A stretch of 14,236 nt of DNA. Source: Verrucomicrobiota bacterium (lineage in GTDB: Bacteria; Verrucomicrobiota; Verrucomicrobiia; Limisphaerales; CANJSG01). A program made the position numbers and the translations under genes. Below are positions 8,091-14,236 of the stretch, piece after piece. The notes beneath the pieces are model-generated. The model was not told the DNA's origin and did no database searches. It worked only from the letters and a program-made list of their open reading frames with translations. The DNA lies in assembly GCA_038209745.1 (NCBI GenBank), contig JBBQXJ010000104.1:1-14236 (forward strand), in the 5' to 3' direction. Each line of letters opens with the position of its first letter. The stretch's first letter is position 1.

Positions 8091-8792
8091 ATGCCCGCGT
8101 CGTCGTCTGAAGAGGTCGTTCAAGGTCTCAGTTTCCGGTCGACCACGCGAGGTCCGGTAAAACGGCTGGCTGCTTTTGACAAATCGCGCCACACCGTGCC
8201 GGATGCCGTCAATGCCGCGACGAGCGCCTTCCTCGCCCGCCTCGTCGCGGACGAGCTGGCTGCCGAAGCCGAGCGTGTCTTCCAGGATGTGCGCGCCGCG
8301 TTCGGCTATAAGCGCAGGGCGATCACCCTTTCCGTCGGAAGTCCCGCCGCCGTTCTCACCGCGACGGACTTCGTGCTCGAACTCTCCTACTCTTTGGCCG
8401 AGGACGATCCGTCGGACTGGACCTTGATCCGAAGTCTGCATCCGAAGACCGGCGGAGACTTCCTGCGCCGTGCGGCCTGCGACCAGACCTTTGCGGGAAT
8501 GTTCACGGATCTCGTGTTCACGTTCGCCCGGGCAGTGGACATCGAAAGCATCGTCGACGCGGTCGAGTCTCTCGGGGAAGCCGACAGCCTCCGAGTGGAC
8601 TACCCGTCTGACTGCCGGGAATGCGAGCTGACCGTGCCGGACGTCGATGCAAAGGTTCGCGTGACCGCGAGCAGCTTGGAAATGGTGTTCCCGCAGGCGG
8701 GTGCGCCGGCGGAGCTGCTGGACGGATTCTTGGCGGTGAGGCGACGCTTCCGCATGGCGGAAGCCGGGGTGCTGGGTGGACTGCTGGGTTGA
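8091..8792 (+). CDS. Hypothetical protein (233 aa)
   Basis: Coding-like codon usage, 48 nt downstream of the TPR gene. Notable segments: FDKSRHTVPDAVNAATSAF, FGYKRR and VDYPSDC. Confidence 0.8.
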   Translation: MPASSSEEVVQGLSFRSTTRGPVKRLAAFDKSRHTVPDAVNAATSAFLARLVADELAAEAERVFQDVRAAFGYKRRAITLSVGSPAAVLTATDFVLELSYSLAEDDPSDWTLIRSLHPKTGGDFLRRAACDQTFAGMFTDLVFTFARAVDIESIVDAVESLGEADSLRVDYPSDCRECELTVPDVDAKVRVTASSLEMVFPQAGAPAELLDGFLAVRRRFRMAEAGVLGGLLG

Positions 8793-8904
8793 CTGAGTTT
8801 CCCCGGAATAGGCATCGGAGTTTTTCGCCCCCGCGATCGGATCGCCCAAGGATTCGCGGGTGAAACTTAAGCCGGCGGCGGAAAAATCGATGCACCCTTC
8901 AATC

Positions 8905-9397
8905 ATGACGAAACGTCCATCTCGTCGGACCGTCCGGATCCCGCTGGCCAGCATGACGATGGGAATACCTTCCGTCGCGGGGCTTCCTCCAAGCGGATGT
9001 GTCCTTCCTCCACGCCGCGATCGCTCCGTGCTACGAGATCGATTTCAACGGTCTGAACCGGGATCGCGAGGGCTTGGCCTCGATCGCCTACCAAATCGGC
9101 AGCGAGAATATTCTCACCTGTCGCATCCGCATGCAGAACGACATGCGCCTGATCGACATGATCGATCGCGAACTGCGCTTCGCCTGCCTCGGAGCGATCA
9201 ATGTGTCGATCGGCGAGTATCGGGTGGCCTGCGGCGATGCTGGCTTCACCCATGATGAGTCCTTGTTTCGCGCGGTCTCCACCGGGCTGGCCCTAGAAGT
9301 CGCCCCCAAGGCTGGCGCGTCAGAGTTTCCGGCCGCCAATACAACGACACCGGCGAAATCGAGACCACCCTCTTCAGCGCCGCTGCTCCGGGTGTAG
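8905..9397 (+). pseudogene. Hypothetical gene with probable single-base frameshift near 8956 (alternatively an intact 132-aa CDS from GTG 8999)
   Basis: The 8999 frame is open and coding-like back to 8957 (RWEYLPSRGFLQADVSFL...). The ATG 8905 frame is coding-like only to about 8955 (MTKRPSRRTVRIPLASM). Removing one base joins the two. Confidence 0.45.
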
Positions 9398-9571
9398 AAT
9401 CTTGGCGGATCGGACTCGCTGACGACCGCGTCTGGGGCCGAGCCTTTACATGAGTTTTTGACGCCCCGTATTTCGGCCGCTACGAGCCGTTCAGAATCGG
9501 AATGGCCGTCTTCAAGAACCTCTATAAATCCCGCGACTGGGTCCGCTTCAGATCGCCTACGCCGGGGAATT

Positions 9572-9622
9572 TTGAGCCATGATCCGTCGTCCTCTTCTTT
9601 CGCTCCGCAAGGCATGGCTCAA
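9572..9622. repeat. 10-bp perfect inverted repeat with 31-nt spacer
   Basis: TTGAGCCATG (9572-9581) and CATGGCTCAA (9613-9622). Confidence 0.6.
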
Positions 9623-9892
9623 CTTTTGAGGTGCACGCCAACCGATTCCGAAGTGTTTGGGCGGATCATCGGTGGACCGGATGATCTAGAATTTCTGCAA
9701 GGTTCACCTCCAGAGATGGACCGGTCGCTCATCTGCCCGGTGGACCTGAAACAGTTGCCCCAGAAACTGGCCGACGTGGAGTGGCCGCCCAAACAGAAAA
9801 TCCGCAAGATGTTTGCTTGGCTCACGCGATTCGGAGATATCCGGGTAGGAACAAACCGGCGATACGGCATCCGGAAGCCGAGACTGAACGAT

Positions 9893-10477
9893 ATGAATTG
9901 GGACGAGTGCTATCAAAAGGGCGAAGCGTTCTGGGACAAAGGGATCCCTTCGCTGCCAATGACGCAGTATCTGGAACGTAATCCGGTGCGCGGGCGTGCG
10001 CTCGTGCCGGGGTGCGGCCGTGGGCATGAGGTGGCTCTGGCGGCTCGGCACGGGTTGGACGCGACGGGGCTGGATCTCGCGCCCACGGGAATTGCTGAGG
10101 CGCGCTCGCTTTATCCGCATCTGGCCGAGCGCTTCGTGACCGGAAACTTGTTCGACCTCCCAGTGGAACTGCATGGCGCGTTCGACCTGGTGCTGGAGCA
10201 CACCTGTATGAGCGCCCTGCCTCCCGCGCTCCGGGCAGACTACCGACGCGGGATCGACTTGGCTCTGCGGCGAGGCGGCTTGCTGATCGGAGTATGGTTC
10301 ATCAATCCGGATCTCGATCCGGGAGAGGAAGGACCTCCGTTCCCTTTCAGCCTGGAGGATCTGACGGAACTCTTTGCGGACAGCTACGAGATCGTGGCGG
10401 ACTATTTGCCGGATGTGGCCTTTCCCGGCCGCGAGGGCCGTGAGCGTGTGCGGGTGCTGCGCCGCTCATTGGCGTGA
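9893..10477 (+). CDS. Class I SAM-dependent methyltransferase, TPMT / thiol-halide methyltransferase family (194 aa)
   Basis: The start MNWDECYQKGEAFWDKG is typical of the family. Motif I is RALVPGCGRGHE, followed by GLDLAP, FDLVLEHTCMSAL, GPPF and GREGRE. Homology begins at ATG 9893, not at 9458. Confidence 0.88.
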   Translation: MNWDECYQKGEAFWDKGIPSLPMTQYLERNPVRGRALVPGCGRGHEVALAARHGLDATGLDLAPTGIAEARSLYPHLAERFVTGNLFDLPVELHGAFDLVLEHTCMSALPPALRADYRRGIDLALRRGGLLIGVWFINPDLDPGEEGPPFPFSLEDLTELFADSYEIVADYLPDVAFPGREGRERVRVLRRSLA

Positions 10478-10547
10478 GCCGGCCTTGACCGCTGGGACAA
10501 GTGTTCAACCGCACCGAGGCCAAGGTGCGCCGGTTCTCTTCAACAGT

Positions 10548-10579
10548 GCGCCGGAGGAAACGAAGTTTCTCTCCGGCGC
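10548..10579. terminator. GC-rich hairpin between convergent genes, possible terminator
   Basis: GCGCCGGAG-GAAAC-gaa-GTTTC-t-CTCCGGCGC. There is no strong U tract on either side. Confidence 0.45.
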
Positions 10580-10622
10580 GGATATTAAGAGTCGGGTCTT
10601 GGGATTTGCCCGCCAGAATAGA

Positions 10623-10811
10623 TCAGGCCCAAGCCGCCACGATCTGCTGAGCCTTTGCCACTTCTTCCGGTGAACCGGTAAAGTCGTATTGGAATTTTCC
10701 AGACCGGCGGGTGACCAAGACCTTGATCGTTGCCAAGCCACTGTTCTTCATCCGCAAACGGAGTTGCTTGTAGATTTCCTTCATCCCGTGCTGCTGGAGG
10801 CTATTGCTCAT
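10623..10811 (-). CDS. Small basic hypothetical protein (62 aa)
   Basis: ATG preceded by GAGG. Coding-like codons. MSNSLQQHGMKEIYKQLRLRMKNSGLATIKVLVTRRSGKFQYDFTGSPEEVAKAQQIVAAWA has a helix-strand-strand-helix pattern. Confidence 0.7.
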   Translation of the reverse strand: MSNSLQQHGMKEIYKQLRLRMKNSGLATIKVLVTRRSGKFQYDFTGSPEEVAKAQQIVAAWA

Positions 10812-10884
10812 GATCTAGCCTCAGAGGGCGCTGGTCGCATAGCGATGTTAATCGCCGGTTATTTCGCCCCAATCATTGCGAAGT

Positions 10885-11086
10885 GACCGCGAGCGGCGGC
10901 GGGATGGGTTGGAGTGCGGTGGCAAGAGGCGTGTGCGCCCGACGCTGAGCGCCGAGGGCGTCTTGCGGGGCGTCCAGACGGGCCGGCCGGTAGGTTTTTC
11001 GGCGCCCCCAGTGGACCGCGAGGGCGTTGTTCAATGCGCTCGGGGCGGGCGCGCTCCCCACCTGCCCCTGCATCGTTCCGGCTCAG
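10885..11086. repeat. Probable degenerate REP/MITE-like intergenic element
   Basis: Very GC-rich non-coding tract containing TTGGAGTGCGGTGGCAAG, CGCGAGGGCG...GGGGCGGGCGCGCTCCC and TGCATCGTTCCGGCTCAG. I recall similar motifs as dispersed repeats in PVC genomes. Only one copy is in this window, so repetition is not shown. Confidence 0.3.
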
Positions 11087-11343
11087 GGACTCCCGCAGTC
11101 CTCGACCATGACATTGCCAAGCTGCTTCGACTTCGTCCCAACCGATATGTCCGGGTGAATGAGTTCGCAGACAAGATGCCAGCGGATTGGGCCCCACTGG
11201 ACGTTGCGCCTGCCACCCTCGGTGCACGGGAGTTCAAAGTCCTGGTTCATGAAAGACCGCACAAGAATTCAAAACCTCCGCCGGACGCCCGACCCGCTGC
11301 CTCCGTTTTTGCTTTCGGGGAAAAAGGAGCTTCTATCAAGCTG

Positions 11344-11928
11344 ATGTGGATCCGAATTTTGATTTGTGGAGTCGGGGTTGGCTTGCTGGTGGCCGGGTGC
11401 CAGGCCACGCGGGCAGGTTACGAGTCCGCCCCGTACCAGGTCGTGCGGTCGGACGGGAAGTTTCAGGTGCGGGACTATCCGGCATTGACCGTCGTGGAAA
11501 CGCCCATGGCCGGCAGCCGTAGCGGAGATGACGGGAGTTTCAGGCGGTTGTTCCGGTTCATCACGGGCGGGAACGAGTCCAAGCAAAAGATCGCCATGAC
11601 CACCCCGGTGTTCATGTCCGGCAGCGAAACCAACCCGACGATGGCGTTTGTGCTGCCGGCCAAGATGAAGTCTGGCGAAGTCCCCAAGCCGGCCGATGGC
11701 TCGGTGACGGTGAGGGAATTGGCGGCGGGGCAGTTCGCGGTGCTGCGCTACAGCGGCGGGCGCAATGCCGAGAAAGACGCGGAATCGCTGGCCAAGTTGA
11801 AATCATGGATGGCGGCGGAGCAGTTGGGAGTTATGTCGCCCCCAGTGTATGGCTATTTTGATCCGCCGTGGACGCCCTCTTTTTGGCGGCGCAATGAAGT
11901 GATGCTGCGAACCGGAGGAGGAAAATAA
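11344..11928 (+). CDS. SOUL-family heme-binding protein, predicted lipoprotein (194 aa)
   Basis: Lipobox in MWIRILICGVGVGLLVAG-C. SOUL motifs: YESAPYQVV, QVRDYP, FRRLFRFITGGN, KIAMTTPV, MAFVLP, AVLRYSG and FDPPWTPSFWRRNEVM. AAGGAG lies upstream of ATG 11344. Confidence 0.9.
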   Translation: MWIRILICGVGVGLLVAGCQATRAGYESAPYQVVRSDGKFQVRDYPALTVVETPMAGSRSGDDGSFRRLFRFITGGNESKQKIAMTTPVFMSGSETNPTMAFVLPAKMKSGEVPKPADGSVTVRELAAGQFAVLRYSGGRNAEKDAESLAKLKSWMAAEQLGVMSPPVYGYFDPPWTPSFWRRNEVMLRTGGGK

Positions 11929-12924
11929 ATGATCCGCATGAGGAAGCGAAACCAGGAAACCACCACCGAGGCTGCAAAGGCAGTGGGAACACGACCGGCG
12001 CTGCGACTGGGGTTGTGCTGCATGTTTGCGAACGAGCCGATCAAGTTCCGCACGACCACGGCCACGGCGATGTTGCGCCTCGGAAAGCGGGAGCGGTTGG
12101 CCCGCCTCGCGGAGCTGTGCCGGCAAAACGCCGAGGCGCTCATGGCCGCGCTGGAGTTTTGTTCGGCGAACGGGATCGGCGCGTTCCGGATCAGCAGCCA
12201 GATTTTGCCGATAAAAACGCATCCGGACGCCGGCTATGAGACGGGAGAATTGCCGGGGGGCGAGGCGATCGTCGGGCGTCTCCTGGAATGCGGGATCCTG
12301 GCCCGGAAACTGGACCTGCGGCTTTCGTTCCATCCGGACCAGTTCGTGGTGCTCAATTCGCCGAATCCAAAGACGCTCGCGAACTCGCGGGCGGAATTGG
12401 ATTATCAGGCCGAGGTGGCGGAGTGGGTGGGCGCGGACACCATCAACCTCCACGGCGGCGGGGCGTATGGCGACAAGACCACCGCGCTGCGGGCGTTGCG
12501 GGCGAGCATCGAGCAGTTGCCCATGCCGGTGCGCACTCGGCTGACGCTGGAAAACGACGACAAGGTCTACACCCCGTCGGACTTGCTGCCGGTGTGTGCG
12601 GACACCGGGGTGCCGCTGGTGTACGACGTGCATCATCATCGCTGTCTGCCGGATGGATTGAGTGTGGCCGAAGCCACCCAGCGCGCCCGGGCGACCTGGG
12701 ATCGTGAGCCGCTGTTCCACATCTCCAGTCCGCTGGAAGGTTGGGACGGTCCAAAGCCGGAGCGGCACCACGATTACATTGACGCCGCCGATTATCCCGA
12801 CGATTGGCTCGACTGGCCGCTGACCGTGGAAGTCGAAGCGAAGGCAAAGGAACTGGCAGTGCGAAAACTGCTTTCCGACTTGGGAGAATCAAAGCCCCTA
12901 CGGCGAAATCTTCGCCCGGTTTAG
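11929..12924 (+). CDS. uvsE: UV DNA damage repair endonuclease UvsE/UvdE
   Basis: Motifs RLGLCC, FRISSQILP, LSFHPDQF, INLHGGG, LENDD, YDVHHH, HISSP, HHDYID and EVEAKAKE. GGAGGAGG RBS inside the 3' end of the SOUL gene, and the ATG directly follows its TAA. Confidence 0.95.
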   Translation: MIRMRKRNQETTTEAAKAVGTRPALRLGLCCMFANEPIKFRTTTATAMLRLGKRERLARLAELCRQNAEALMAALEFCSANGIGAFRISSQILPIKTHPDAGYETGELPGGEAIVGRLLECGILARKLDLRLSFHPDQFVVLNSPNPKTLANSRAELDYQAEVAEWVGADTINLHGGGAYGDKTTALRALRASIEQLPMPVRTRLTLENDDKVYTPSDLLPVCADTGVPLVYDVHHHRCLPDGLSVAEATQRARATWDREPLFHISSPLEGWDGPKPERHHDYIDAADYPDDWLDWPLTVEVEAKAKELAVRKLLSDLGESKPLRRNLRPV

Positions 12925-13014
12925 ATTGTAGGTACCCCACGCTTACTCCGAAGACCAGATGGTCCAGCGTCCCGCAGTCGGTCTGTTCCCGGAGCATGGG
13001 GGCGCAATCTGCGT

Positions 13015-13302
13015 CCGAAGGCGGGTGTCATGACGAGCTGTAGAGGGAGGCGAGGCGGGGCACGGCGATGGCTTCGGAGAGGTGGCCGCGCAGGGCTTGG
13101 CGCAGCCAGCGGAGGGACTTCACGGAGCGTTGTGTGGCCCGCCGCGCGCCCAGGCGCAGCGACGACGGTTCGCGGTCGGCCGGGTGCGCGCTCGTTTCCA
13201 GTTGCTCCGTCCGCAGTGGCCGCCGCGCGTCCTCCGCCTCGTTCGTTACGCCGTGTTCGTTTTCCAGCCGGGTTTCGTAGGGGGGAGCAGGTTTGTGGGT
13301 CA
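13015..13302 (-). pseudogene. Degenerate C-terminal remnant and terminal end of a probable IS4-like transposase
   Basis: The minus frame reads LTH...YETRLENEHGVTNEAEDARR...RATQRSVKSLRWLRQALRGHLSEAIAVPRLASLYSSS*, followed at once by CACCCGCCTTCGG, an IS-end-like sequence. The family call is from recall of similar transposase tails. Confidence 0.5.
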
Positions 13303-13326
13303 GGGCCTGTCCGAAAAAAGAGAAAA

Positions 13327-14236
13327 GGGACTTCCAGAAACTCGATTTTCCAGAAAAGAAACAGTCGTTGAAATTGAGCAAGCAGGGCGGGATTTTCGTC
13401 CAAGAACGCGTGTCCGAAACCATTCGTCCCTCTGAGCTTTCCTTCTTCTCCCTGACCGAGCGGCTGGCGCAAATTTCCCGGCAGCGCGATCCGTTGGAAC
13501 GGCTCAACGCGGTGATCGACTGGCAGATTTTCCAACCCGTGCTGGACCGGGTCTTCCCGGTGACCACCCCCAAAGGTCCGGGCGGTCGGCCGGCCTATCC
13601 GCGCCTGTTCCTGTGCAGGATTCTGGTCCTCCAACGGCTGGATCAACTCTCCGACGAGGCCACGCAGTTTCAGATTCTGGACCGCCTTTCCTTCCAGCGT
13701 TTCCTGGGCCTGAACCTGGCCGATCCCGTCCCCGACCAGAACACGGTGCGCGAGTTCCGCGAAGCCCTGCAGAAGGCCGGGGCGTTTGCGTCCCTGTTCG
13801 AGGTTTTCAGCTCCTATCTGGCCGGCCAGGGACTCCTGCCCAAGGAAGGGGTGATCGTCGACGCGAGCTTCGTCGAAGTGCCCCGGCAACGGAACACGCG
13901 CGAGGAAAGCGCCCTGGTCAAGAGCGGCCAAACCCCGGCGGACTGGAGCGCCAAAAAACGCGCCCACAAGGACGTGGACGCCCGCTGGACCCAGAAAAAC
14001 GCGCAGACCTTCTACGGCTACAAGGACCACATCAAGGTCAACATCCAGACCAAGCTCATCCAATCGGCCGTCGTGACGAGCGCCAGCGTCCATGACAGCC
14101 AGGCGATCGACGGGTTGGTGCAGGCGGGCGACGTGGTGGTGTTCGGCGACTGCGCCTACTCGGGCCAGCCGGTGCAGGAACAAATGGAGGCCAAGGGGGT
14201 GGACACCGTGATCGTGCAAAAAGGGGTGCGCGGACG
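13327..14236 (+). mobile_element. IS5-family insertion sequence (left part; continues beyond window end)
   Basis: GGGACTTCCAGAAAC at 13327 resembles IS5-subgroup left IRs and lies 83 nt upstream of the transposase start. Confidence 0.8.
13410..14236 (+). CDS. IS5-family DDE transposase (3' truncated by the window)
   Basis: Manual translation from GTG 13410: MSETIRPSELSFFSLTERLAQISRQRDPLERLNAVIDW...GGRPAYP...LSDE...DRLSFQRFLGL...VPDQNTV...IVDASFVEVPRQRNTREE...KDVDARWTQKN..FYGYKDH...SVHDSQ...GDCAYSG. The frame is open to the window end. Confidence 0.93.
   Translation, partial: MSETIRPSELSFFSLTERLAQISRQRDPLERLNAVIDWQIFQPVLDRVFPVTTPKGPGGRPAYPRLFLCRILVLQRLDQLSDEATQFQILDRLSFQRFLGLNLADPVPDQNTVREFREALQKAGAFASLFEVFSSYLAGQGLLPKEGVIVDASFVEVPRQRNTREESALVKSGQTPADWSAKKRAHKDVDARWTQKNAQTFYGYKDHIKVNIQTKLIQSAVVTSASVHDSQAIDGLVQAGDVVVFGDCAYSGQPVQEQMEAKGVDTVIVQKGVRG

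Noticed and set aside
5186..8954. Long ORFs 5186-6106 (+), 6390-7547 (-), 7439-8110 (+) and 8085-8954 (-)
   Set aside because: They overlap better-supported genes and read like shadow or off-frame translations.
9458..9892. 145-aa N-terminal extension of the methyltransferase
   Set aside because: Family homology starts at MNWDECY (9893), and most of the extension has poor codon usage and Ser/Pro/Arg-rich composition.
10502..11043. TGTTC half-sites (near 10502 and 11028) as LexA boxes for uvsE
   Set aside because: Neither has the GAACA second half-site at 4-nt spacing.
10876..11343. 156-aa N-terminal extension of the SOUL protein
   Set aside because: It would bury the lipoprotein signal peptide and it spans a repeat-like tract.
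11803..12771. 322-aa minus-strand ORF
   Set aside because: Antisense shadow of uvsE.
12921..14219. 432-aa minus-strand ORF
   Set aside because: Antisense shadow of the IS5 transposase, running through IS remnants.

Overview
A GC-rich bacterial window whose gene content suggests Verrucomicrobia/PVC (an inference). Both ends are partial insertion sequences. The left edge holds the left end and 5' part of an ISL3-family transposase on the minus strand. The right edge holds an IS5-family transposase that appears nested in one or two older IS remnants. Between them lie: a REC-PAS-PAS-SpoIIE (RsbU-like PP2C) phosphatase preceded by a small lipoprotein; a divergent secreted lactonase-family beta-propeller; a bidirectional terminator; a 584-aa hypothetical protein with low-complexity termini; a membrane-anchored TPR protein; a 233-aa hypothetical protein; a probably frameshifted hypothetical gene; a TPMT/halide-type SAM methyltransferase; a 62-aa small protein; and a tightly coupled pair encoding a SOUL heme-binding lipoprotein and the UV-damage endonuclease UvsE. 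The segment from about 8.8 kb onward looks accessory, with several gene remnants and repeats. I see no rRNA, tRNA or CRISPR array and no unambiguous new multi-gene system. The best leads are the SOUL-uvsE pair, the nested IS stack, the 233-aa protein and the 584-aa protein. Family calls come from motif recognition only; no searches were run.
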